Assembly (NCBI GenBank): GCA_038062895.1
Contig: JBBTWJ010000006.1
Location: 48,862-112,861, forward strand
Reading direction: 5' to 3'
Origin: Patescibacteria group bacterium
GTDB lineage: Bacteria; Patescibacteriota; Microgenomatia; UBA10105; UBA927
Length of the DNA stretch: 64,000 nucleotides
The position numbers and the translations under genes are program-made. The stretch's first letter is position 1. Every line of letters starts with the position of its first letter. Positions 29,501 through 38,116 of this stretch are shown one piece after another. Under the pieces are notes generated by a model. That model searched no databases, had not been told where the DNA came from, and was given only the letters and a program-made list of their open reading frames with translations.

Positions 29501-29706
29501 GTGTTGAAACTGTTTTTGCGCCGGAGAGACGCGATCCCCCAAATCAAAAGAACAAAAACTACTACAAAATCTTCAACACGGACATATACCCACGTATGTT
29601 TGACATCCAGAAGAGGAATTTTGGGGTACAATGGTATAAACGCCAGAAGCGCCAGGGTAAAGAGAAATAACACGTTTGCTTTACAAAACTGAAAGAGCTT
29701 CTTCAT
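26524..29706 (-). CDS. Fusion of an O-antigen ligase/polymerase-like domain and a GT-C-like membrane domain
   Basis: N-half: RVSSTFGG, TVSR, FFGSGYGS and DNSYLRMLAEVGLLG. C-half: second TM bundle with GDDF, FYRP and HE motifs. Confidence 0.75.
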   Translation of the reverse strand: MKKLFQFCKANVLFLFTLALLAFIPLYPKIPLLDVKHTWVYVRVEDFVVVFVLLIWGIASLRRKNSFNTPLTLPILLFWAIGAVSTIHGLLFIFSALGNIQGNVAFLSMLRRIEYMSLFFVVYSAMRDKRFILWVTVMLAVTVLGVTLYGIGQKYVGFPAFLTMNEEFAKGIPIRLSGLSRVSSTFGGHYDLAAYLVLVLPILVSMMFGIRNWFGRIALAAASLLGLVVMVMTVSRISLFALVGVVGIIVFVQKKKLVLISLPIIIFGALIMVSVSPSIMDRFTSTVKEVEVLVDATTGEAVGHSTNVPNSYFVPKTVRQAFSTTVSDLYNHASPAAVLVIPYTRIEADPVLFIEPNAPNGENLPQGTGYINLALSPVIRKLGHFYYEPIPKIATTSAEVFIINGDFLVKKVFAYDLSFTTRFQGEWPRAMDTFRRNIFFGSGYGSVGLAVDNSYLRMLAEVGLLGFSTFLAIFVITTIYIWKTLPLVNDHKTRSFIIGLAAGVGGLAINAFFIDVFEASKVAFTLWMLLGVTLGTLGLYGRKPADLYTLFKSVLLSPVAIAIYLFILTVVLYSSMSRNNFVGDDFTWFRWAADCGTAVSAAGERCNLNVGTITRYFTQAQGFFYRPGAKIYFLTMYSVFWLNQSVYHNVSLLLHFGVALLVFILARKVLRNLLLSALTSVAFLMLSGHSEPIFWVSATGFLFTAFFSLSSLLWYIAWTENGKRVYFLLTIACFTLSLLFHELGIVTPLFYLLYTFAMQGWEEFRRRVGNAWYAILFAPMPIYLAVRYLASSHWLSGDYNYNFAKLPFNVVGNSVGYAFLGLLGPLSLSLVQVVRNAAKTHMMASALVFILISFMAVRVWKKYGGMIGKEDRRIWLFGIGFFLIALSPFIGLGNMTSRYSYLSSVAVALLGVYILKKMYQFLLGNGRMIAVLIVVIVSCSWGLLQLIQHQQMQNDWYDAGEVSRKFVVEMDGAYEDYWKSEPMEFHFVNVPIRLGEAWVFPVGIPDALWLVFRNPTIRVFSWPTVSAAFDAVDYESRNQKVFEFDPSGKLIEHRKMRLSP

Positions 29707-30544
29707 ATGTTCGAATGATAGTTGGCTTCCCTATCATACGCCCCAAAAGGATCGCTGCCAAGGCTTTTGCCCGGAGCATGCCTCGTAAAACTTCTCCTGC
29801 CAATGGACTGTGGTGCTTCTTATAAAAATAAACCAGTCCCTTATAAATATTTACCACAGGCGTACGCCGCTCCCCGCTGCTTGCCGCACCCGTATGGATA
29901 CATTGCGCCTCTGCTACAAAAAACGCCATGTACCCCTTTTCTTTTGCCCTGTACAAAAGCTCTATTTCTTCCATATACATGAAGATTCTCTCATCAAAAA
30001 ATCCGAGATCGGTAAACGCCGATTTGCGCCCCATGAGGCAGGCCCCTGATACCCAATCCACGCGTTGCGTTTGATCGGGAGAATATCGCGTAGCACCCCA
30101 ATAGTCACCCTTGGCAAATAACATGAGAGCCGCGACCGGAAGAGAAAAAAACGGTCCGCAGGAAGGCTGTAGGGAACCATCTTCATTAAAAAGTTTCCCG
30201 CCCGCAAACACCTTATCTTTATCTTTCACAAACCGATACAACACGCCAATCGCATCGTTTTGGACAACTATGTCAGAATTTAATAAAAGCACATGCGTTC
30301 CTCTTGCTTTATGTAATGCCTGATTATTTGCTTTACCATAGCCCACATTAACTTTATTGCATACTAAATGTACTTGAGGAAATTTGTTCCTCACTAACTC
30401 TGGCGAACCGTCTCCTGACGCGTTATCAACCACGATGACTTCATAAAGGATATGGGAACTCTTAAGACTCACAAAAATTGAAGTCAGACATCGCTCAAGA
30501 AGCGCACGTGTGTTGTAGCTGGGGATGATAATAGAGAGATCCAT
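29681..30544 (-). CDS. Glycosyltransferase family 2
   Basis: MDLSIIIPSYN, VVDNASGD, LLNSD and FMYMEE motifs. Confidence 0.9.
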   Translation of the reverse strand: MDLSIIIPSYNTRALLERCLTSIFVSLKSSHILYEVIVVDNASGDGSPELVRNKFPQVHLVCNKVNVGYGKANNQALHKARGTHVLLLNSDIVVQNDAIGVLYRFVKDKDKVFAGGKLFNEDGSLQPSCGPFFSLPVAALMLFAKGDYWGATRYSPDQTQRVDWVSGACLMGRKSAFTDLGFFDERIFMYMEEIELLYRAKEKGYMAFFVAEAQCIHTGAASSGERRTPVVNIYKGLVYFYKKHHSPLAGEVLRGMLRAKALAAILLGRMIGKPTIIRTYEEALSVL

Positions 30545-30548
30545 GAAG

Positions 30549-31148
30549 TCACTGAAACAGTCTCGCAAACTTTAATGTATAGCGCAAATCCTTAGAACGG
30601 TACCTGATGTGCTTGGCGGGTACTCCCCCGACCAGGCTATACGGCTCTACATCATGAGTCACTACCGCTCCACTTCCCACTACTGCTCCGCGGCCAATTA
30701 TGACACCAGGAAGTATTGTTACCCGCGTCCCAATCACCACGTAGTCATCAATCACCACATTACCCTCTACCTCTTGGAAACCTGGGTTGTCGATATCATG
30801 CTGCATGGTGAAAATCCTCACTTCACCGGCGATTGAAACATTATTGCCAATGCGAATCGGTCGCCTTTTCGGCCACAAAAACTCACTCCCATACGTCACA
30901 AGGTTCCTCTTGCCACCCTCCCACTGACGGGAGAACCGTCCGTCCAGAAATGCATCATTGCCAATGATCGTGTTCTGCCCGATCTCTACTCCTGAAGGCA
31001 AGTTAAACTCTGCCCGCCAATGGATAGAACTGTCCTGCCCGATTTTCATCCGAAAAAAATACCGGTAAAGAAAAAGCCGTATGGTATGGCTGGGAATTCT
31101 CCCGGTGAGCGTACATAAAAATACCCAGAAGTCGATGAGTATACGCAT
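30549..31148 (-). CDS. Hexapeptide-repeat O-acyltransferase
   Basis: LbH repeats; GAVVGSGAVVT and GGVPAK motifs. Confidence 0.88.
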   Translation of the reverse strand: MRILIDFWVFLCTLTGRIPSHTIRLFLYRYFFRMKIGQDSSIHWRAEFNLPSGVEIGQNTIIGNDAFLDGRFSRQWEGGKRNLVTYGSEFLWPKRRPIRIGNNVSIAGEVRIFTMQHDIDNPGFQEVEGNVVIDDYVVIGTRVTILPGVIIGRGAVVGSGAVVTHDVEPYSLVGGVPAKHIRYRSKDLRYTLKFARLFQ

Positions 31149-31155
31149 ATGTTTT

Positions 31156-31256
31156 GTAGTTAGTAGTTAGTAGTTGGTCCCTCGGCTCCGCTCGGGATCC
31201 TGAGCTTGTCGAAGGATAGTTGGTAGTATATTACCCACTAATCACTAATCACTACT
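31156..31256. repeat. Intergenic heptamer tracts with a nested 39-bp REP-like palindrome
   Basis: (GTAGTTA)2 GTAGTTG G[31178-31216 TCCCTCGGCTCCGCTCGGGATCCTGAGCTTGTCGAAGGA]TAGTTG; then (CACTAAT)2 CACTACT. Confidence 0.8.
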
Positions 31257-32406
31257 CCCTACCTGCTACCTCTTCCAACACCTCCAACGTTTTCCTTGCT
31301 GCATGTTCCCACGTAAACTTTTTCACCTGCTCAAGTCCTTTTTTCAACCGCCAACGTCCTTGCATCAGATTTCGCTCTCGCACCGCAGCGAGAAGCCCCC
31401 TTGTAATACTCTCTGTATTCTCGGGATCCACATACACTGCTGCTTTCCCCGCTATCTCCGGCAGGCTGGAAACGTTACTCACGACGACAGGAACATTCTT
31501 CGCCATCGCCTCCAGAACCGGTAGTCCAAATCCTTCATAAAGGCTGGGGAGAGCAAAACAAAGTGCTTGTTCATAGAGCCTCGTGAGATCTTCATCCGGA
31601 ACAAAATCCAAAAATTTTACCCGGTCCGCGATCCCCAACTGCGCCGGTGCTGCCAAGATCTCTTCATAAAGCCAGCCCTTCTTTCCCACAATCACCAAAT
31701 CAATATCTCCAAACCGCTGCTTATTTGTGCTCAAGAATCCACTAAATGCCTCGATTAGGCGCACATAATTCTTCCGTGGCTGAAGCGTCCCCACAGACAG
31801 AATATAGTTTTTTGAAATATGATATTTTTCTTGTACATTTGCTTTCTGTTTTTTGCTATTTGATACTTCTGTCATAGTCAATCCCGGATACGTCACCATC
31901 ACATTCTCCGGCGTAACCCCGTAGGCTTTGATTATAGCATTCTTAGTAAACTCACTGATGGTGAGTATCCGCCTCGCGTGTGCGGCAGAATATGCCGTCC
32001 AGTGTGTAAGCTGGTAGAGGTCATCAGATCGAAAAAGTTCTGGGTAATGGAGGTACGATACGTCCATGATGGACATAACCCGAGGGATGCCGATGAACCT
32101 TGGGATATAATGCGTCGGAGTAAATACCACATCAGCTTGAGGCTGATCAACCATCAAAGCTAATGGCAAACGGAATAAGGTCCAAAATTTCTTTGGGGAA
32201 AGCACATGGTAGCGCCACCAATCTGTCTCGACAGGCATGTCCGGAAGCGGTGCACTCGGAAGATAGATTCTAAAATTGTGATGAGGGATGCCTGATGCGG
32301 GATGGGAGGATAAAAGATAGAGATGTTTGAGGATCTCATACGCATATCGGCCTATTCCGACACGCTCTCTAACGTTTGCTTCATAGCCGTCTATTGCAAC
32401 GATCAT
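31252..32406 (-). CDS. Glycosyltransferase family 4
   Basis: VGTLQPRKN and EGFGLPVLEAM motifs; heptamer tracts at 31838-31865 and 32277-32304. Confidence 0.92.
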   Translation of the reverse strand: MIVAIDGYEANVRERVGIGRYAYEILKHLYLLSSHPASGIPHHNFRIYLPSAPLPDMPVETDWWRYHVLSPKKFWTLFRLPLALMVDQPQADVVFTPTHYIPRFIGIPRVMSIMDVSYLHYPELFRSDDLYQLTHWTAYSAAHARRILTISEFTKNAIIKAYGVTPENVMVTYPGLTMTEVSNSKKQKANVQEKYHISKNYILSVGTLQPRKNYVRLIEAFSGFLSTNKQRFGDIDLVIVGKKGWLYEEILAAPAQLGIADRVKFLDFVPDEDLTRLYEQALCFALPSLYEGFGLPVLEAMAKNVPVVVSNVSSLPEIAGKAAVYVDPENTESITRGLLAAVRERNLMQGRWRLKKGLEQVKKFTWEHAARKTLEVLEEVAGRE

Positions 32407-32585
32407 CCAGGTAGTAGATTTTCAGGAAAAACGCCGCCCCAGAGAGATATTCTCTTAGTCGACGCCTAAACAATCTTCCTCATTAACTGGTATTAAAATT
32501 ACTTTCTCGGCGTTTTGCATATATTATTCTCATCAGGTAGCAGAAGCTTCGCTTCACCACCTGATTCTGAAAATTCACTACCTGG
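32407..32585. mobile_element. 179-bp MITE-like element with 19-bp imperfect TIRs and 4-bp TCAT/ATGA target duplication
   Basis: CCAGGTAGTAGATTTTCAG...CTGAAAATTCACTACCTGG (17/19); TCAT at 32403-32406 and 32586-32589; internal hairpins. Confidence 0.75.
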
Positions 32586-33131
32586 TCATACGTATCCCGG
32601 ATAAACAACCTGTAATCTACTATCGCGTATATTCAATAATTCACTCACATCTTTCCTCGTGGCCTCGGAATCGCAAAGAATGGCTTTACATTCCTGTTTC
32701 ACCCAAGCAAGACGCCTCTTTTGCACATCAACGATAGTCTTTGCAAATGTTTCCGGATATCGAAGAAAACCTACATCGTGAATCGTCGTGATCCCCCGGG
32801 CATGGACAAGAGGCGGCTGAATCCAATCGCTACTCCAAAATACATCTATTTCACCCACAAACCATTCTATCGGCATGATATGAAGCCAATTCCACAAAAA
32901 TTCAAGAAGTGTCGGAGGAATCGGGAAAGCTGCCAACCGAACGCGGGGATTGACAACACGGACCTCTTCAAAATATTCAGTAAAACGAGATAGCTTCCTC
33001 AACGAAGCCCCAAAAAGAACATATTCGTTCTGCTCGTCCATTTTGAGGAGCGCTCCCACGAGATGCTTCACATATACGCCGACACCGGTTCCTTCGTGGA
33101 CGATCTGGCTGATATCGATACCAATCTTCAT
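32586..33131 (-). CDS. GT4 N-terminal domain-only protein
   Basis: IGIDIS, TGVGVY and TIHD motifs; ends at VVYPGYV with no nucleotide-binding domain. Confidence 0.75.
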   Translation of the reverse strand: MKIGIDISQIVHEGTGVGVYVKHLVGALLKMDEQNEYVLFGASLRKLSRFTEYFEEVRVVNPRVRLAAFPIPPTLLEFLWNWLHIMPIEWFVGEIDVFWSSDWIQPPLVHARGITTIHDVGFLRYPETFAKTIVDVQKRRLAWVKQECKAILCDSEATRKDVSELLNIRDSRLQVVYPGYV

Positions 33132-33183
33132 AAAAAGTAGTAAGCAAGTGAAAATTTCGTATCTACCAACTACAAACTACTAC

Positions 33184-34158
33184 CTACCAGCTTTTTTTAC
33201 TGTGCCATTTCCATGCAGACCCAATAATAGTTTCTAGCTCCGAATATTCAGGTGTCCATCCGAGAACCTTTTTCGCTTTCTGATTATCCGCCCAAAGTTT
33301 AGCCGGGTCACCTGGCCTACGTGCCGCAAATGAGCGGGCCACTTTCCTTCCTGTCACGCGCTCAATAGTATCTAAGACCTCCAGATTGCTATATCCTTTA
33401 CCGACCCCGAGGTTAAGCGCAACAGACTCGCCCCCCTGGGCGAGGTACTGCGCGGCCTGAATGTGCGCTTGGGCAAGATCGACAATATGAATGTAATCCC
33501 GGATACACGTACCATCTGGCGTTTCGTAATCATTGCCATACACCTCAAAGTGATCCCGTTTGCCCTGTGCTACCTCAAGGGCAATAGGAATAATATGTGA
33601 TTCCCGTTTATGGGCCTCTCCTAGGCTTCCATCAGGCATAGCGCCAGCGGCATTAAAATATCGTAAGCATACGGAACGCGTGTGGTAAATGCGCCCGTAC
33701 CACTCAATCATTTCCTCTACCATACGTTTGCTGGAACCATACACCGATACCGGTGCGATATGCGCGCTCTCCATGACCGGAACCTGGTCGGGATACCCAT
33801 AAACCGCGCTCGTCGAAGAAAAAATGATGGGCGGATTCCCATGAAGCCTCACCGCTTCGAGTAAATTCAGACCGCCCCGGAGATTATTATCATAATATTC
33901 ATAGGGCTTTTCCATGGACTCTCCGGCGAGCGAATATGCAGCAAAATGAATAACCGCGTCAAACGATTCAGAGGCAAGTGCCCGATCAATATCCTCGCTG
34001 TTTCGAAGGTCCCCCACAATAAGCTTCGTATCCCCGACGGCCAGTTTATGCCCTAGCGAAAGGTTGTCAAACACGACCGTTTCATATCCCTGCTGCTTTA
34101 AAATTGCATTGGTAACAGAACCAATATATCCGGCGCCGCCGGTAATAAGAACTTTCAT
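33184..34158 (-). CDS. galE: UDP-glucose 4-epimerase
   Basis: GGAGYIGS, HFAA, YGSSK, LRYFNAAGA, DGTCIRDYIH and RRPGDPA motifs. Confidence 0.93.
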   Translation of the reverse strand: MKVLITGGAGYIGSVTNAILKQQGYETVVFDNLSLGHKLAVGDTKLIVGDLRNSEDIDRALASESFDAVIHFAAYSLAGESMEKPYEYYDNNLRGGLNLLEAVRLHGNPPIIFSSTSAVYGYPDQVPVMESAHIAPVSVYGSSKRMVEEMIEWYGRIYHTRSVCLRYFNAAGAMPDGSLGEAHKRESHIIPIALEVAQGKRDHFEVYGNDYETPDGTCIRDYIHIVDLAQAHIQAAQYLAQGGESVALNLGVGKGYSNLEVLDTIERVTGRKVARSFAARRPGDPAKLWADNQKAKKVLGWTPEYSELETIIGSAWKWHSKKSW

Positions 34159-34163
34159 GATTA

Positions 34164-34385
34164 TTATTGTACCTTATGCGGCCGGAGGAGTGAAATGAGG
34201 ATAAATATGAGGAAGTAGGCCGCCCCGTACCACGTCAACCGCTCTGCGGTAAAGAACGTCCAGGTAGCAAACAAAGGCATAGCCGCAATGAGGCACGCAA
34301 GTCCCACCCAAATGAATATAATCGGACGCCTAAGCGAGAAGAGAACGGCAAGAAGAATAAGAAATCCTACGTCTTGTGGTTTCAT
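34164..34385 (-). CDS. Small membrane protein
   Basis: 73 aa, hydrophobic, AERLTWY motif; ATGA-coupled to the upstream gene. Confidence 0.7.
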   Translation of the reverse strand: MKPQDVGFLILLAVLFSLRRPIIFIWVGLACLIAAMPLFATWTFFTAERLTWYGAAYFLIFILISLLRPHKVQ

Positions 34386-34990
34386 GAAGGATTCGTTTTT
34401 CGATCCTCTGGGCGCGCTTGGTATTCTTCTATGGTTTGGACGTTCCGTTTAGAAAATTCTATAACTTGAGCAAACACCTGTCGGTCTGCTTCTCCCACCC
34501 GGCTCATGAGTACACCCAAAACTTCCTGATGCTTGGCTGCTGCGGTCTTAAGTTTCGTAAAAAACGCCTCATCCTGCTTATCGGTTAGGCGATACAGCTC
34601 ATACGTGAGAAGCGTATTATTGTGCTCGGCTTTCAAAGCAGTTTCATGGGCAAGAACAATATTATTCTTGTCGACCAACATGGCGGCAGCCAATATGCCT
34701 TTATCTGTTTGCCTAAGATAAAATTCTATTTTTTGGATAGGATCAGTAATGAAATCCGCCGCAAGCCTGTCCCGCAGCACTTTGATTTTATAAAAAGGAT
34801 TATCCGGCAACATACCAGGGAAAGCGAGATCATACTTCACGTACACCGGCGAGGTCGCGGCCCCCATATCCTTCTCCTGTGCATGAGCGGTAGGCACAAC
34901 AAAAAGTGCTATAGAAAAAAGAATGATTGATAAAATCAATGATCTCATGATCGTAAATATCATGCTACCAAACGCTATCAAAAAAGACAA
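34382..34990 (-). CDS. Secreted DUF5667-like helical protein
   Basis: Signal peptide (AHA) followed by PGMLPDNPFYKIKVLRD; start may be ~34948. Confidence 0.7.
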   Translation of the reverse strand: MSFLIAFGSMIFTIMRSLILSIILFSIALFVVPTAHAQEKDMGAATSPVYVKYDLAFPGMLPDNPFYKIKVLRDRLAADFITDPIQKIEFYLRQTDKGILAAAMLVDKNNIVLAHETALKAEHNNTLLTYELYRLTDKQDEAFFTKLKTAAAKHQEVLGVLMSRVGEADRQVFAQVIEFSKRNVQTIEEYQARPEDRKTNPS

Positions 34991-34998
34991 CCACTTCT

Positions 34999-36174
34999 TT
35001 ATATGTGATGGGTTTCAATAAGCCATGTGACCGCGGCGATAACATCCTGGATATCTTTCCGGCTAAGATTGGCACCCAGCGGCAATGACACCGTCCGCCC
35101 GCCGACAAACTCTGCGTGAGGAAACATGTTTTTTTTGAAACCAAAGGTCTTGCGGTAGTACTCATGCAGATGTACGGGATTGAAATGCGCCCCGCTTCCG
35201 ATGTTCATTTTTATGAGCTGATCGATAAAATCATCTCGGGAAATCCGCAATTTCTCAAGACGTAATAGAATTGCGAACAGATGCCGGGCATGCTTTGTGC
35301 CGGTAGACTCCAAGGCTGGTACGATAAGCTCGGGCATATTGCCAAACGCATGCATATACGTTTCCCAATGTTTCTTTCTGATCACCCAATTGGACTCTAC
35401 GCGCGCAAGCTGGTGGATGCCAATCGATGAGGCGATATCGGTCAAATTATATTTAAATCCCGGAGTAACGGCCTCATAATGGCGGTAGTATTTGACACTG
35501 TAGCGCTTATAGGCATCCTGCGAGAGTCCGTGAAGGCTCATGATCCGCATCATCCCAGCAAGCTTCTTGTCATTTGTTGTGACCATCCCTCCTTCGCCGG
35601 TGGCTATATTTTTGGTCACGTAAAACGAAAACACTGTGATGTCGCCGACCGAGCCTATTTTTTCCCCCTTATATCTTGCTTCAGCCGCATGCGCAGCATC
35701 CTCAACCACAAAAAGTTTGTGCCGGCGGGCAAGACCCATGATTGCATCCATATCGCAAGGCCTGCCATGCAGATGGACCGGCAAAATGACTTTTGTTTTT
35801 TTCGTTATCTTTTTTTCTATCTCTTCGGGATCTATGTTCCACGAATCACGATCTACATCAGCAAAGACAGGAGTTGCACCGGAGTGGAGAATGACGTTGA
35901 CCGTGGATACAAACGTGAGCGGTGTCGTAATCACTTCATCCCCGGGACCCACGCCCAACGCTTTGAGGGCAAGATGAAGTCCTGCTGTAGCGGAGTTGAC
36001 GCCAAGCGCGTATTTGGCTTTTGTATAGGTAGCAAAGGCTTTTTCAAATTGCTCCGTTTTCGGCCCCGTACCCCACCAGCCGGACTTAATCGTGTTGACA
36101 ACTTCCGCAATTTCTTGCCTGCCGATAAACGGCTTACCAAAAACTAAAAAATTTTTTCTCTGCGGCTTTTTCAT
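34999..36174 (-). CDS. DegT/DnrJ/EryC1/StrS sugar aminotransferase
   Basis: NSATAGLHLAL, EDAAHA, FSFYVTKN and GEGG motifs. Confidence 0.93.
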   Translation of the reverse strand: MKKPQRKNFLVFGKPFIGRQEIAEVVNTIKSGWWGTGPKTEQFEKAFATYTKAKYALGVNSATAGLHLALKALGVGPGDEVITTPLTFVSTVNVILHSGATPVFADVDRDSWNIDPEEIEKKITKKTKVILPVHLHGRPCDMDAIMGLARRHKLFVVEDAAHAAEARYKGEKIGSVGDITVFSFYVTKNIATGEGGMVTTNDKKLAGMMRIMSLHGLSQDAYKRYSVKYYRHYEAVTPGFKYNLTDIASSIGIHQLARVESNWVIRKKHWETYMHAFGNMPELIVPALESTGTKHARHLFAILLRLEKLRISRDDFIDQLIKMNIGSGAHFNPVHLHEYYRKTFGFKKNMFPHAEFVGGRTVSLPLGANLSRKDIQDVIAAVTWLIETHHI

Positions 36175-36189
36175 GGTTTCGTTTTTTTC

Positions 36190-36225
36190 AAGGTACTACC
36201 TTGCGGGATTGCAAGGTAGTACCTT
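36190..36225. repeat. Perfect 15-bp inverted repeat, REP-like, each arm itself palindromic
   Basis: AAGGTACTACCTTGC-GGGATT-GCAAGGTAGTACCTT. Confidence 0.75.
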
Positions 36226-36245
36226 ATGAAATTACCCAAATGACA

Positions 36246-36788
36246 TTAGGTTCTGAATTTCCGTATAAATTTCGCCGGAACCCCTCCCACCAATGTTTTT
36301 GACGCTACATCCTTTGTCACTACCGCTCCTGCGGCAACCGCAGCACCCTCTCCGATCGTGAGACCCGCAAGTATGGTCGCGCGGGCACCCACGAAGCATC
36401 CTTTTTTAAAAACAGTGGAATGAGCCACAGACGGAATATACTTTTGTACAGGATGATTCTTGTATCCTACGTTTGTATGGGTCAGGACCATCACATCAAA
36501 AGAAAGTGTTGCGTCATTTTCAAGAATAATGCACTCCGCTGTATCCAATGTCACTCCGTCGCCCAAAAAACAATTATCACCGATTGAGATACCGCTAATC
36601 CCCGTTCTGTAGAGATTAAGGAGGCTAATCCGCTCGATAACGGTATTTTTCCCAATTCTGGCACCAAACACCCGTAACATCCACACGCGAAGCGGGGACA
36701 CAAACATCATGGCAAACAGATATTGCCAAAGACTAAAGAGAACGTACCGCATGACTTTTCGTATACCGATTTCTTTTACTGCCTTCAT
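36246..36788 (-). CDS. Hexapeptide-repeat acyltransferase
   Basis: LbH repeats; AAGAVVTKDV and GGVPAK motifs. Confidence 0.88.
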   Translation of the reverse strand: MKAVKEIGIRKVMRYVLFSLWQYLFAMMFVSPLRVWMLRVFGARIGKNTVIERISLLNLYRTGISGISIGDNCFLGDGVTLDTAECIILENDATLSFDVMVLTHTNVGYKNHPVQKYIPSVAHSTVFKKGCFVGARATILAGLTIGEGAAVAAGAVVTKDVASKTLVGGVPAKFIRKFRT

Positions 36789-36793
36789 ACTTT

Positions 36794-37525
36794 TTATTTT
36801 GACAAATATCCCTTCCTAATCAACTGTCTATAAAATTCCATGATATTCTTTATATATTCCAACGTGTCATGGATAAGCCGAACCGAAGATTTTTTATCAA
36901 ATCGTCGAACAAAAAGCACCGGCTCTTCGCGTATCTTCAGTCCTTCCAAACAGGCAAACGTCATAATTTCCGTGTCCCAGAACCAACCGCTGTTCTTTGT
37001 CTTCTTGAGGATTGGCAGTATTTTTTTACGATCAAAAAACTTATATCCCGTCTCTGTATCTTTCAACGGTATTCCAAAAATCGACCGCACCAGCCACGAG
37101 TACCCGCGGGAAAGAATCGCCCGGTGAAACGACGTGAGTCCTTCCCGGTATACCCGTAACCCCGTCACCACATCCGCTTCCCCACCTAGGATCATGCGGA
37201 CGAACTGTGGTATATAGACTGGTGATACCTCAAGATCAATATCAATAAACCCGACGACCTTCCCGCGCGCGATGGCAATCCCATCCCGCACCGATTTTCC
37301 CCGACCCTGATTTACGTCATGATAGACAGCCCGGAAATTTTTATTCTTTTTGACGAGCGACGCAATGATCTCAGCGGTCTTATCTTCGCTTTTATCATCG
37401 ACAAAAATAAGCTCGTAAGTTAATACACTGCCGCGTAATACGGATATAACGCAATCAACACTTTGCCGGAGATGCGCCTGCTCGTTATAGCAGGCGATGA
37501 TGAGAGAAAGATCAATCCGTTTCAT
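36794..37525 (-). CDS. GT2 polyprenol-phosphate glycosyltransferase (DPM/DPG synthase-like)
   Basis: YNEQ, VDDKSED, NQGRG, DIDL, DTETGYK and WFWDTE motifs. Confidence 0.85.
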   Translation of the reverse strand: MKRIDLSLIIACYNEQAHLRQSVDCVISVLRGSVLTYELIFVDDKSEDKTAEIIASLVKKNKNFRAVYHDVNQGRGKSVRDGIAIARGKVVGFIDIDLEVSPVYIPQFVRMILGGEADVVTGLRVYREGLTSFHRAILSRGYSWLVRSIFGIPLKDTETGYKFFDRKKILPILKKTKNSGWFWDTEIMTFACLEGLKIREEPVLFVRRFDKKSSVRLIHDTLEYIKNIMEFYRQLIRKGYLSK

Positions 37526-37540
37526 AAGCGGGGTTTTCGG

Positions 37541-38116
37541 TTATATACCAATCAGTTCACGCACTGCATTTTTTACTGCCATCCCGAATGGGGGTATATA
37601 TTTTTTGAGCTTACTTTTGTCTAGCTCTTCTGTATTCCACTCGTGGGAACCATCCGTTCTTTTCCCGAGGGAGATTAAATACAGCATGTCTAAAACAGCT
37701 TTTTCCGGTTCCGCTACATACGTGCCTCCTGCCAAATTGAATCCAAAAAATAATTCCCGTTTTAGTTGAGAATAATCACATTCAACATCCATCAGTGTAA
37801 TTTTTTTTGAATGCCGTGTGGTGGCAAGCGTCAAGTTATACAACCCCTGATTTATGATTCCATACTTAGACAGCGCACTTTCAAAACTGATATAGCTGGG
37901 ATAGTAAAGTTTCGTAGCAAGCTTTTCCACATCGAAAGAATGACCACGCAGCATATACACTCCCCTGGCAACTTTTACTATAGAACCGGAATCCACCAAC
38001 CTCTTTATAGCCGTATTGATATGCACCTCATTGGGAAAAAGCTTTTTCACATCTGCAATATCAAAAACATCCTTCGCAAGTTGTTCTATTTTTTCAATTA
38101 ATATATTTTTTCTCAT
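37541..38116 (-). CDS. AbiEi-family type IV antitoxin
   Basis: wHTH with KVARGVY; YISFESALSKYGII and AEPEKAVLD motifs. Confidence 0.85.
   Translation of the reverse strand: MRKNILIEKIEQLAKDVFDIADVKKLFPNEVHINTAIKRLVDSGSIVKVARGVYMLRGHSFDVEKLATKLYYPSYISFESALSKYGIINQGLYNLTLATTRHSKKITLMDVECDYSQLKRELFFGFNLAGGTYVAEPEKAVLDMLYLISLGKRTDGSHEWNTEELDKSKLKKYIPPFGMAVKNAVRELIGI

Noticed and set aside
30860-30940. Insertion in the acyltransferase as another palindromic element
   Set aside because: Only a 5-bp stem and no heptamer periodicity
35479-36147. Long antisense ORFs (also 4623-5225, 919-1443 and others)
   Set aside because: Shadows of well-supported genes on the opposite strand, with no motifs
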